Below are positions 47,264 through 55,716 of a stretch of DNA of 64,000 bases, one piece after another. The stretch's first letter is position 1, and each line of letters opens with the position of its first letter. The notes beneath the pieces are model-generated. The model searched no databases. It saw nothing but the letters and a program-made list of their open reading frames with translations, and was not told where the DNA came from. The DNA comes from a virus. Location: positions 19,526 through 83,525 of the IMG/VR virus record IMGVR_UViG_3300017963_005353, one strand, 5' to 3'. Both the position numbers and the translations under genes were made by a program.

Positions 47264-47399
47264 GACGCACTCTGTCCCGTGTCGGTTTGCCGGCTGGCGG
47301 GCTCCTGGGATAGAAAAGGCTTGGATACAGGAATACGGCAACCGGCACGAGACAAAATGCGCCTCTGCTTTTCTATCCTTCTATTGGGAGGCCGCCAGC
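47264..47399 (-). ncRNA. candidate structured leader RNA with two interleaved ~28-nt inverted repeats
   Basis: 47264-47292 pairs with 47336-47363; 47293-47318 pairs with 47368-47399; G-U-biased mismatches on the minus strand. Confidence 0.65.
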
Positions 47400-47420
47400 A
47401 TCCCCGCTTGTTATGATACA

Positions 47421-47449
47421 ATTATACCACAAACGGGGATCCCTGTCAA
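47421..47449 (-). promoter_or_regulatory. sigma70-type promoter
   Basis: TTGACA-17-TATAAT with TGTGG. Confidence 0.85.
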
Positions 47450-47450
47450 A

Positions 47451-47651
47451 TCAAGATCGAACAAAGGACACCACGATGCGGTGATAGTTCTGGCGGATCG
47501 CCCCATCGTATGTCCATTGGTCAAGCTTCCCACGCTCTTTCAGCAGGTTCTCGGCAAATTCCCTTGCTTGACCAAATAGCAGATCTTCATTAACCCCTGT
47601 CTGTTCAACGGTCAGTTTCAGTATTTCTGTCTCATATGCGATTCTCAACAT
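47451..47651 (-). CDS. small hypothetical protein
   Basis: GGAGG RBS; coupled to the upstream gene. Confidence 0.5.
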   Translation of the reverse strand: MLRIAYETEILKLTVEQTGVNEDLLFGQAREFAENLLKERGKLDQWTYDGAIRQNYHRIVVSFVRS

Positions 47652-47913
47652 GATTTCCTCCATCTGTAAATAATGGCCGAAACCACGCACCGGGCATATT
47701 CTCATCTATCCAGCACAAAGCAATATCCTTTATCGATAGCCATAGGACACTCGTAAACTGCGACGGATATTCTTCAGTCTTATCATCCCATCGCCCTTCC
47801 ATATGCTTGAAATCTTCCTGTTTTACGGCTTGTTCCATAATGGCCGTTGCTTGGTCCTCGAAAAGCCCGTGCTCGAAGAGCATTTCTTCCATCTTTTCAC
47901 GGATAGTTGTCAT
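47632..47913 (-). CDS. hypothetical protein
   Basis: 93 aa; AAGGAG RBS. Confidence 0.6.
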   Translation of the reverse strand: MTTIREKMEEMLFEHGLFEDQATAIMEQAVKQEDFKHMEGRWDDKTEEYPSQFTSVLWLSIKDIALCWIDENMPGAWFRPLFTDGGNHVENRI

Positions 47914-47937
47914 TGTCGTCTCCTTGTGATTTTCTCC

Positions 47938-49086
47938 TCAATTCGGCATACTTCTCAAGCTCATAGGCATGAGCACATGCCTGAAGCTGTCGCCCTCCAC
48001 ACCGGCCGGCCTCATCAGCGCCGGGCTCGTGCTCTCCGTCGTGAGCAACTCCACGTGCTCGCTGCTCATCACGCCCAGCGCCTCCAGGAAAAACCGGGCG
48101 TTGAACGCGATGTCCAACTCGCGGTCCTTGTCCCCATGGGCCTCGACCTGGGCAGGGATGGTGGCGTTTGTGCCGCCCATCTCGTCGGTATTGGCTATGA
48201 CCGTCAGGTGGTCGTCCCGTATCTCCAGGCGCATGATCTCGGCCTGGAGCCTGGCGAAAATGCGGGCCGTCTTGCAGACGCGCTCCAGGTCGGCAGTCTT
48301 GACCACCGTTTTCATGTCGTACCCGGAGGGGACGATTTGGTTGTAGTCCGGGAACTTGCCAGCGATGGCTTGCGCCACCAGGTCCACGGAGGCCATACGG
48401 AAGGCGATCCGGGTGTCGGTGTCAACGTAGATTTGCACCTCCTCGTCTCTGGGTATCCTGAGCTTGGAAAAGCCCCACGCCGGCACGATCACCGCCTGCG
48501 GCTCCCAGGCTTTGCCGTCGAAGTGCTCTTTCACGACCGACAGACGAAACCCGTCGGCGGCGGCCATCGTGAGTTCGTCCCCGTCGAATCTCATCAGCAC
48601 GCCGGTCAAGGTCGGGCGTCCGCTGTCACGATCCGCCGTGGCGATCAGGCACCGGCCCGTCATGGTTTCCAACACATCGCCCGGCAATGTGGCGAGGTGG
48701 CTCCCCTGGGCGAACTCTGGGGCCAGGGGGAACTCCTCGGCGGGGACGCACTGGATCGTGGCTTTGTTGTTGGCGCATTGGACAGAGAGTTCGCTTTGGG
48801 CGAGGTTGAGCTCAAAGTCAACGCGCTCTTTGGGCAGGCTGTTCACCAGGTCCAGGAACAGCTTGGCGGGCACGGTCGTCTCGCCGGGCGCGTCCACTTT
48901 TTTCGCCCCGACCCTGCAATCCAGCCTAATCTCCAGGTCGGTGCCGGCCAGCGTCACATGGTCGGATTCGGTCGCTTGCAGATAGACGTTGCTCAGGACC
49001 GGGGGATGATAGGCTCCCCGCTCAATGGCCGGAGAAACGGTTCTCAGGCCGGCGGCCAGGTTCTCTTGCAACACTTGGAATTTCAT
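47938..49086 (-). CDS. dnaN: DNA polymerase III beta sliding clamp
   Basis: QENL, TDLE, RPTLTG, AADGFRL, GKFPDY, IAFNARF, HVLMPM. Confidence 0.95.
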   Translation of the reverse strand: MKFQVLQENLAAGLRTVSPAIERGAYHPPVLSNVYLQATESDHVTLAGTDLEIRLDCRVGAKKVDAPGETTVPAKLFLDLVNSLPKERVDFELNLAQSELSVQCANNKATIQCVPAEEFPLAPEFAQGSHLATLPGDVLETMTGRCLIATADRDSGRPTLTGVLMRFDGDELTMAAADGFRLSVVKEHFDGKAWEPQAVIVPAWGFSKLRIPRDEEVQIYVDTDTRIAFRMASVDLVAQAIAGKFPDYNQIVPSGYDMKTVVKTADLERVCKTARIFARLQAEIMRLEIRDDHLTVIANTDEMGGTNATIPAQVEAHGDKDRELDIAFNARFFLEALGVMSSEHVELLTTESTSPALMRPAGVEGDSFRHVLMPMSLRSMPN

Positions 49087-49112
49087 GTCATGTCCTTTCT
49101 GTCTGTGATTGA

Positions 49113-50159
49113 TTACTTTGTCGTCGCCAGCTCAAAATATCGGCGCCCAAGGTCCGTCGGCACGTCGTCCTCGATCAGGAGCGTGTTTTCTGGAAATAAC
49201 TTCTTGTTCCCCGAAGGCCACCAGGCCCACAGAGCGATCCCCAGGTCGTTGTCCATCAGCCAGGGGATGAGCTCGTCCATCAACCGTAAGCCCTCCTCAG
49301 TGGGACAGGGGACCTCCCAGGAGGGCAGGCCAAACTCGGTCAGCCAGTATTCGCGCCCGCTCTCCCACCGCCAATGCTTTCCGTTCTGGGCGTTGAGCCA
49401 ACCAATCCACCGCTCCAGCTTTTGGACCTCCTCGTTGAGTCGGAAGCCGGGCCGGGGATAGTGATGAATGGGGAAAAAGTCAACGCGCATCGGTGTGCCA
49501 CCTGATAGGGCCATGAACTCTATCCACACGGAGGCCAGGAACTCGCGGGTGTGATATCCTGCCGGCCCGTAGCTCCCGATCCGTGCGGTTGGATCGCACT
49601 GGCGCACCAGGGCGTAAGCATCTCGATACCAGCGGGCATATTGGGCCGGGGTAAGACCATCGCCGACCGGATCGGGATCGTTGGTCTCGTTCCCCACGAT
49701 GTAGGCTTTCCCCGGGTGCGCTTTCATCCAGGCGCACAAAGCCTCGCCGTCGAGCCAGCCAATGTCCACATCCGCTATGAAAAGCGGCCTGGCGCACAAG
49801 TCGGGCTTGCCGTCGAACCGATAGGCCCCCAGGCACCAACGGCTCGCATTTCTCGAGCGGTGCGCGGTCCGGAGGAAGATCACAGGGCTATCCTCCTCTT
49901 GCGACCGCCATTGCCTGGCGTGGAACCGCCCATCGTTGGGAAAACCCAGGAGGGCCATTTCTTCCAGGCTGTGCTCTGCTATGCCAAATCGCTTGTCGGG
50001 TGTGGCGTGGGCGTTTGTGCACAGAGGGAGCCAGGCGAGGTGCTGGACGGTCTGGAATCGGGCGAGCCTGGGTCCCTTGGTCGGGAATGAGGCAAGGGCC
50101 GCAAGCAGGAGCAGGAGGACGGTGATGAAGGCTTTGGCGGGTGATGGGTCTCGTTTCAT
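49113..50159 (-). CDS. secreted clan GH-A glycoside hydrolase
   Basis: Signal peptide; VGNE acid/base, IHHY, WLTEFG nucleophile, WAWW. Confidence 0.75.
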   Translation of the reverse strand: MKRDPSPAKAFITVLLLLLAALASFPTKGPRLARFQTVQHLAWLPLCTNAHATPDKRFGIAEHSLEEMALLGFPNDGRFHARQWRSQEEDSPVIFLRTAHRSRNASRWCLGAYRFDGKPDLCARPLFIADVDIGWLDGEALCAWMKAHPGKAYIVGNETNDPDPVGDGLTPAQYARWYRDAYALVRQCDPTARIGSYGPAGYHTREFLASVWIEFMALSGGTPMRVDFFPIHHYPRPGFRLNEEVQKLERWIGWLNAQNGKHWRWESGREYWLTEFGLPSWEVPCPTEEGLRLMDELIPWLMDNDLGIALWAWWPSGNKKLFPENTLLIEDDVPTDLGRRYFELATTK

Positions 50160-50172
50160 TGTGGCGGCTCCA

Positions 50173-50463
50173 TCAGCGGGTTGCGCTTCTCGCGTCGAGG
50201 CACAAGCCTGCCATTTTGCTTGACGGCATGACGTTGATTAGGCCAACGGTGAACAGGCGCTTGACTTCCCCAACCTGGGCAGCGGTGAGCTCGCCAAAGA
50301 ACTTGATTTGGCTTTCAGGGAGGCCAAATTGGTCGGCATAGTGCCGCTTTTTCCCATCGGCCCGTTCTGCCCGCAACCGCTCCCCGGCACATGCCAAGCA
50401 GCCCTTGCCGCCACAGAAACGACAGTCAGCGTAAGCCCCAGGCTTTTGGAACATGCTTCTCAC
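50173..50463 (-). CDS. hypothetical protein (CxxCxGxGC)
   Basis: AGGAGG RBS; CRFCGGKGCLAC. Confidence 0.5.
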   Translation of the reverse strand: MRSMFQKPGAYADCRFCGGKGCLACAGERLRAERADGKKRHYADQFGLPESQIKFFGELTAAQVGEVKRLFTVGLINVMPSSKMAGLCLDARSATR

Positions 50464-51089
50464 GTTGTCTCCTCCTGTCTCGCCTGGATGATACGAGCCC
50501 GGCAATCTGCAATCTCGGAAACAATCCACAGGGCAACGTCCAGGGGTAGCGATCTCACATCCAGGTGCGCTCTTTCCCCATCACTGTTGATCGCCACCTC
50601 GACGTGGCCGCTTGGCAGGTCGCCATCTCTGTGGCGGAAATACGCCTTGCACCCATCCACACTTGAGACGCCAGCTTGCTCGAACATGGCAAGTATCTCT
50701 TTCAGCCGGGCCAGTTCGGCCAGCTTCTCCTCGCGCTTGCGAACCATCTCGGCGTACTGCTGTCCATAGTCTGGCAGAAACCGGCGCTCGATGTCCCGTG
50801 CCAGGTCCCCGGGATCGCGGTTTGGATTGCATGTGATCCGAGGGGCATCAAGACCGTGGTTATGGGGGTCAAAGAGATGGTTGTATTTTGGTCCTTGCAC
50901 CGGCATGGGCCACATGCCCGTCACCACTAGCCGCTGGTCCTGGATTCGCAAGCGTATCCCACGATCACCATCGTGCAAGATGGCGTAATAGTGCTCGGTG
51001 CTCTCATCGGGCGAATACTGCCAGTCTTGCGGCATATGGTCGGCAATTTGCTTTGCCAGGTTGTGGATCGATAGGCCGTTGTCTGTCAT
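50460..51089 (-). CDS. hypothetical protein
   Basis: Coupled ORF in the early operon. Confidence 0.6.
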   Translation of the reverse strand: MTDNGLSIHNLAKQIADHMPQDWQYSPDESTEHYYAILHDGDRGIRLRIQDQRLVVTGMWPMPVQGPKYNHLFDPHNHGLDAPRITCNPNRDPGDLARDIERRFLPDYGQQYAEMVRKREEKLAELARLKEILAMFEQAGVSSVDGCKAYFRHRDGDLPSGHVEVAINSDGERAHLDVRSLPLDVALWIVSEIADCRARIIQARQEETT

Positions 51090-51292
51090 GTCTTGTCCCC
51101 ATTTTTCTTGCTCTCCAGGTCGGCTGCGGTAAGCGGGCCGGCCAGCACCGCGCCGCCGTTGCGCCTCACCTCTTGCGGCTCGTGTCCGAATCGCTCGACA
51201 AACATGGCCCGTGCCCGGTCGTCTGTGGTACTGGCACTGTAGGCTTGCCAAGACAGGTCTTTGTGTTCCTTTGGTAGCTGTAATTGTTTCAT
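51086..51292 (-). CDS. small hypothetical protein
   Basis: Coupled ORF. Confidence 0.5.
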   Translation of the reverse strand: MKQLQLPKEHKDLSWQAYSASTTDDRARAMFVERFGHEPQEVRRNGGAVLAGPLTAADLESKKNGDKT

Positions 51293-51297
51293 GCTGC

Positions 51298-51801
51298 TTA
51301 CCCGTCTGTTTCTATCTTTTCTATGATGGCGTCCCACTCGTCAGCGATGGCTTGCATTTCGGTTTCATGCTCTCGATGGGCCCAATAGCCGATGGCTTGT
51401 GCCCGCTCGGTCAAGGTGTTCAATGCCTTTGCGATCTTGGGCGGCCCGATGAGCACGTGCTGCGGATCCGCACAAGAGGCGCGCCCAGCGATGAGCAGGA
51501 CGGCCAGCGGCCAGTGTTCGAGCCATGTCCGCTCTGCTAGGCGGTGGACAGATGCGCTGCTCAAGAATCTCTCAGTCGTTTCGCCGGCCTCATAGAATCC
51601 GGCGATCCCTTCTTTCTCGCTCAACGCCTCAGCCTCTTCCGCTGTCATCTGCCGGGTCAGCACCACAGAGTCACAACCCCGCGCCTGGAGCTTGCCCATC
51701 CAGTGCGTGGCCCCGATGGACATGCCTCGCCAGGTATAGACGTGGGCGTAGACTACTCGCACCCGCAAGTGTTCCGCGCTAAACCCTCTCACATCTGCCA
51801 T
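51298..51801 (-). CDS. hypothetical protein
   Basis: 167 aa ORF in the operon. Confidence 0.55.
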   Translation of the reverse strand: MADVRGFSAEHLRVRVVYAHVYTWRGMSIGATHWMGKLQARGCDSVVLTRQMTAEEAEALSEKEGIAGFYEAGETTERFLSSASVHRLAERTWLEHWPLAVLLIAGRASCADPQHVLIGPPKIAKALNTLTERAQAIGYWAHREHETEMQAIADEWDAIIEKIETDG

Positions 51802-51890
51802 TACTCATCTTCTGATCCAAATGATTGGCCGGTGCTCCCTCACCGAAGGGATGCGCTTTGCAGAGGTGAGGGAGCCCTGAACCCGGCCTT

Positions 51891-53189
51891 CTAAAAGGGA
51901 ATGTCAAATTCTTCTTGCTCAGGCGGATTGTCGTCAAGCTCGCCATCACCGTTCACGCTCTCGTTATAGGCTGCCTGGATAAAGATCCATGCTTCTTTGA
52001 CGGTGGTGCGAGTGGCCCAATCCTCGCCAATCTCATCTACCAGAAAGTCTACCACTGCCTGGGTGCCGTCAAACTCAAAGACCTCTTGGGCCTTCTCGAG
52101 AAAGCTCCCATCGTCCAGGTTGAGCCCGTCCACAAAGCCGGGGATTTCAATGTCTCCACCATCCGGGGCGTTCTCTTCCAAAGTTGCCCACAGGTCGCGC
52201 AGGCCGAACTTTGCCCAACCGGGGTCCATCTCTTCGTTCAACGCCTGGATCACGTGTTCCCTGCTGATGTAGCCCAACTGCTCACAAGCCGCGTCATGGA
52301 ACGACCAGTCGGCAATGTTTACGCTGTCCAGCCACAACATGGGATCGTCTTGCCAGTCGCTATCACCATTCGGCTCCTGGGCCTCATCGCCGCTTTGCCC
52401 CTGGGGATTGTCGTCAGGCTTTGCCACAGGCATAGTAAATCCGGGCGTGGCCTCTTGCTGAATCTCCTGGAACAACCGGGTGGCCCATTCCTCGGTGGGC
52501 TCGATGGAGATGAGCGACTTTTCCTCTCTGTACCGCTTGCCATCGGGCCGGCTGGTCGTGATTTCCTGCCACCGTCGCCTGAGCACCAGCGGGATACCCT
52601 TCAGGCTCCCGCGCAACTGGTACAGGCCGTTCAACTGGCGCGTGATGTTGCGCCGGTCATTCCATGAGCCGGTGCGGACCTCCATGTACACGACCCGGCG
52701 CAATGCAGGCACCATGACCCGCAGCCGGCAGTTGAGCTTGGGAAAAACGTGCTTGATCGAGTTGTCCTTGGTTGACCGGTAGGTGTAGGCAGGGCTCTCC
52801 CCATCCCACACGGCAGGCTCGCCCGTTTGCATGTCCAGGCCGTTGCGGACGATCACTTTCATCTCGTGGGGATCGAACCAGTAGAGGATCTCGCTGGTGT
52901 CGGGCTCGACCAGCATCACGCGGATGCCTTTTCCCGTATAGGCTTCCATCCCGCTCCACCAGACCCGATCCGGCTCATCGAACGGGAATGTGACCTCGAT
53001 CTCGGTCGGCTGCTTGCCAAAGACTTGCTCGAACAGGGCGGCACTCTCTTCCTCGCCCCGTTGAAACACAGCCCGAAAGTGCTCGCCAAGGTCGGGGCCT
53101 ATCTTCCCTCTCTGCTTGGCGGCCCCCTTGCGGATTTGTCCGATGCAGTCAAAGCCCGCATCGGTATAGGGGTCATTGCTCATGGTCAT
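51891..53189 (-). CDS. Gp3-like (recombination-directionality-factor-like) protein with SSB-type acidic tail
   Basis: IGQIRKG, HFR, RTGSWN, GIPLVLRR; ends EEFDIPF. Confidence 0.6.
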   Translation of the reverse strand: MTMSNDPYTDAGFDCIGQIRKGAAKQRGKIGPDLGEHFRAVFQRGEEESAALFEQVFGKQPTEIEVTFPFDEPDRVWWSGMEAYTGKGIRVMLVEPDTSEILYWFDPHEMKVIVRNGLDMQTGEPAVWDGESPAYTYRSTKDNSIKHVFPKLNCRLRVMVPALRRVVYMEVRTGSWNDRRNITRQLNGLYQLRGSLKGIPLVLRRRWQEITTSRPDGKRYREEKSLISIEPTEEWATRLFQEIQQEATPGFTMPVAKPDDNPQGQSGDEAQEPNGDSDWQDDPMLWLDSVNIADWSFHDAACEQLGYISREHVIQALNEEMDPGWAKFGLRDLWATLEENAPDGGDIEIPGFVDGLNLDDGSFLEKAQEVFEFDGTQAVVDFLVDEIGEDWATRTTVKEAWIFIQAAYNESVNGDGELDDNPPEQEEFDIPF

Positions 53190-53212
53190 TGTCCTACTCC
53201 TCTCTGGCCTCA

Positions 53213-53404
53213 TTATACTGGCAACTCCCAGGCTGTGATTCTCAGGCTTTGAGAATCGTGGTCGGTCACCTCGTCCAGTCTTTCACAAATGGCGATCAGT
53301 GCCCAAGCAATAGCAAGGCTGGCGTTGGTCTTGCCTTCTTGTACTTCTGCCCTCTTGGCGAAATATTTCGCTTGATTCAATGCCTCTGGTGTATATTCGG
53401 GCAT
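53213..53404 (-). CDS. small hypothetical protein
   Basis: GAGG RBS. Confidence 0.5.
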   Translation of the reverse strand: MPEYTPEALNQAKYFAKRAEVQEGKTNASLAIAWALIAICERLDEVTDHDSQSLRITAWELPV

Positions 53405-53421
53405 CCTCTCTCACCTCCTCT

Positions 53422-53715
53422 CTAATCTCCATACAAATCTGCCATGGCTTCAGCAGTGGTCATGGACTCCGGTTGTGGTAGCCAGGGGAAAAGCTCTCTC
53501 AGGAGGGGGTCGTGGACGATCTCCACGAATTCGACCCGCTGCTGGTGCAACCTGCGCTCCAGGTAGCCTTTTCTCCAGGCTCCAAAGTGGGACGGGTCGG
53601 CGGCACAAACGATTGACCACGCTCCAGTCTCAGGGTCTCGCTCGAGCCTCAAATTGCTGTGGCAGACCCGGCAGACGTAGTTGTCGATGTAGTACCGCAA
53701 TGATTTTGCTGCCAT
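53422..53715 (-). CDS. hypothetical Zn-finger protein
   Basis: CRVC...C....H; first gene of the leftward early operon. Confidence 0.6.
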   Translation of the reverse strand: MAAKSLRYYIDNYVCRVCHSNLRLERDPETGAWSIVCAADPSHFGAWRKGYLERRLHQQRVEFVEIVHDPLLRELFPWLPQPESMTTAEAMADLYGD

Positions 53716-53884
53716 CTTGTCCCTCTCTGGTCTTTGGGTCCGGGCGGGATACTAGAGGATTGCCACCCTGTACTTGTCGTCCAGGACAAGTGCCCTCTCC
53801 CCAGGCTGCTATGCCAGTGTGTCGGCTTCCATCAGCCCCCATGTCCCATGCTCCCTCTCCCGAGCGGACCCGTATCATGGTTAG

Positions 53885-53913
53885 ATTATACCACAAAAGC
53901 CCTGTTCTGTCAA
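53885..53913 (-). promoter_or_regulatory. sigma70-type promoter (divergent, leftward)
   Basis: TTGACA-17-TATAAT with TGTGG. Confidence 0.85.
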
Positions 53914-53944
53914 GCGAAACACACAACCAATTTTAGCTCTCGGT

Positions 53945-53973
53945 TTGACAGAACACAGATTTTATGGTATCAT
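53945..53973 (+). promoter_or_regulatory. sigma70-type promoter (divergent, rightward; repressor)
   Basis: TTGACA-17-TATCAT; shares TTGACAGAACA with the leftward promoter. Confidence 0.75.
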
Positions 53974-53993
53974 AATGACAAGGAGGATACACC

Positions 53994-54275
53994 ATGCCGA
54001 TCACGATCCAATTGCAACGCCACATGCAGGAACACGAAAACGATCACAATGTCAGGTACACCATCCGGGAGTGGGCCAAGGTGCTCACCACCTGGGCAGA
54101 GGACAATCACCCTGAGGTGGCTGAGCCCGGTCTGAGCGTGAACTTTTTGCACCGCATGAAGCACAACGAGGTGGACTACCTGTCGCTGGAAAAGCTGGGC
54201 CTGTTGTGTGAGTTCTTCGATTGCACGCCCAACGACCTGCTCTGGCAGTCCAACGGTGATGAATCCCCGCAATAA
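53994..54275 (+). CDS. Cro/CI-type (XRE) HTH regulator
   Basis: LSVNFLHRM...SLEKLGLLCEFFDCTPNDLL; AAGGAGG RBS. Confidence 0.85.
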   Translation: MPITIQLQRHMQEHENDHNVRYTIREWAKVLTTWAEDNHPEVAEPGLSVNFLHRMKHNEVDYLSLEKLGLLCEFFDCTPNDLLWQSNGDESPQ

Positions 54276-54302
54276 AAAAGGGGCGGGTGATTAGCCTGCC
54301 CC
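54274..54302 (-). terminator. intrinsic terminator (possibly bidirectional)
   Basis: GGGGCGGG/CCTGCCCC stem with a T6 run on the minus strand, between convergent genes. Confidence 0.65.
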
Positions 54303-54317
54303 ATCTCTGGACCGTTT

Positions 54318-54524
54318 CTACAGTCCCATCCCCATGGGGATCTCCTGCTCGGGATGCTGTACTATTTGCACCCGCTCCACTCCCAGGTCAACCCCCACGA
54401 CCGTGTTGGTCTCCAATGCGTCGGCCGCAGCGGTCAATGCCTTGTCCTCTGGGGAGCCGCGCCTGTAATCCAGGGCGATCTCTCGCAGCAGTGCCGCAAC
54501 TTCCATAGAGCTCATTCTGCTCAT
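54318..54524 (-). CDS. small hypothetical protein
   Basis: AAGGAGG RBS. Confidence 0.5.
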   Translation of the reverse strand: MSRMSSMEVAALLREIALDYRRGSPEDKALTAAADALETNTVVGVDLGVERVQIVQHPEQEIPMGMGL

Positions 54525-54555
54525 CTTGCCACCCTCCCTTTCTATTCTCTACTGA

Positions 54556-54789
54556 TCATGCCGGTGCCAGGGCGCACTCCAGCATGGGATTAACGAACAC
54601 GACCTCGGCCTGGCGAAAGGCTTCCACGATCTGTCGGGCCTCTCGTTGTGTCAACCGGAAAGCTGCTGCGATGGTTGCCACGTCAACCGGCCCAAACCGG
54701 TCGAGGTAGTCCAACACCTCGCACTCTAACCTGGCCCGCTCAAACAATGTTTCCCGGTGCCGCTCTCCTTGTCCTCTGATACCGCCCAT
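54556..54789 (-). CDS. small winged-HTH protein
   Basis: VLDYLDRFGPVDVATIAAAFRLTQREARQIV. Confidence 0.6.
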   Translation of the reverse strand: MGGIRGQGERHRETLFERARLECEVLDYLDRFGPVDVATIAAAFRLTQREARQIVEAFRQAEVVFVNPMLECALAPA

Positions 54790-54810
54790 CAGGTCCCTCC
54801 CTCCCCTCGT

Positions 54811-54987
54811 CTATCGCCTCGCTCGTTTCCTTGCTTTCCTGGCCGCCTTGCGCTTCTTGCGTCGGTTATCTCTCTGTTGGTCGCCTGCCCGCTTCTTGGC
54901 CCTTGCCTTGCGTCGCTTGTCCTGGAGGAACTGGCGCATGTACGTCCTGTACGCGGCCAGGGTTTCTGCTGTCTGGGGAATATTCAT
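54811..54987 (-). CDS. 58-aa highly basic Arg/Lys-rich protein (absent from the ORF track)
   Basis: MNIPQ...KRRKARAKKRAGDQQRDNRRKKRKAARKARKRARR; fills the gap between two same-strand genes. Confidence 0.55.
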   Translation of the reverse strand: MNIPQTAETLAAYRTYMRQFLQDKRRKARAKKRAGDQQRDNRRKKRKAARKARKRARR

Positions 54988-54993
54988 GGGGTT

Positions 54994-55398
54994 CTAGTCC
55001 AGCACATTGACTTCTTCATACCCGCATTTGCACCATATGCGATAGATGGGGTATCCATCATCTGTGCGGCGCACCCGCTTTTCATGCATGAGCTTATCGC
55101 AGACTGGGCAATGCTGGTGAAACCTTCGGGGATGAACGACATAGCCACACACATTGCAATAGTAACAGGTCAAGAATTCCCAGGAAACCATGACATGATA
55201 ATCTGCTCGCTCAATGTTATTGTTACGCTGGATTTCGTCTTGGGTTGCTCCAGTGTTGAGCCTGGCAGCAGACTGGCGCCAGCGCTTTTGTGTGTCGCTG
55301 GCCCTGCCGAATGGATCGCATTTGATTTTGTCACCGGGTCCCCATTCCAGACCAAGTGTTTTCACGGCGTCGTCAATGTTTCTGATTCCGTTGTTCAT
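54994..55398 (-). CDS. Cys-rich Zn-finger protein
   Basis: CNVCG, CPVC, CKCG. Confidence 0.6.
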   Translation of the reverse strand: MNNGIRNIDDAVKTLGLEWGPGDKIKCDPFGRASDTQKRWRQSAARLNTGATQDEIQRNNNIERADYHVMVSWEFLTCYYCNVCGYVVHPRRFHQHCPVCDKLMHEKRVRRTDDGYPIYRIWCKCGYEEVNVLD

Positions 55399-55703
55399 TC
55401 TTCTTTTCCTTCTCGCAGTTCTTTTCTTGCCCGCTTGATACGTTCGACTTGCGCCCCGGTCAGCCTGTCGCTGTGGTCCAGCACCTTGGTCAGCCGGCCG
55501 ATGTTGGTGTCCGGGTCGCCATTGTCCCACCCCTCGGCCACCTGCTCGATTACAGAGGCCAACTGTGGCTCTTGCTCACTGAGGTCTTTGGCGATGGCCC
55601 GCAGCATCGTGGGGAATATGATGATGATTTGGGGCCTATCGTCTGCCCACTCGTATGGGCGGGGGGCAAACAGGCGGTTACCATAGCTCACTCGGGTTTT
55701 CAT
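55395..55703 (-). CDS. hypothetical protein
   Basis: Coupled ORF. Confidence 0.5.
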   Translation of the reverse strand: MKTRVSYGNRLFAPRPYEWADDRPQIIIIFPTMLRAIAKDLSEQEPQLASVIEQVAEGWDNGDPDTNIGRLTKVLDHSDRLTGAQVERIKRARKELREGKEE

Positions 55704-55716
55704 GCCGTTGCCCCTG

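Noticed and set aside
47803-49461. 552-aa plus-strand ORF
   Set aside because: Antisense shadow of dnaN in GC-rich DNA; no motifs or RBS. The same applies to most long overlapping ORFs, such as 12400-13494 and 60701-61777.
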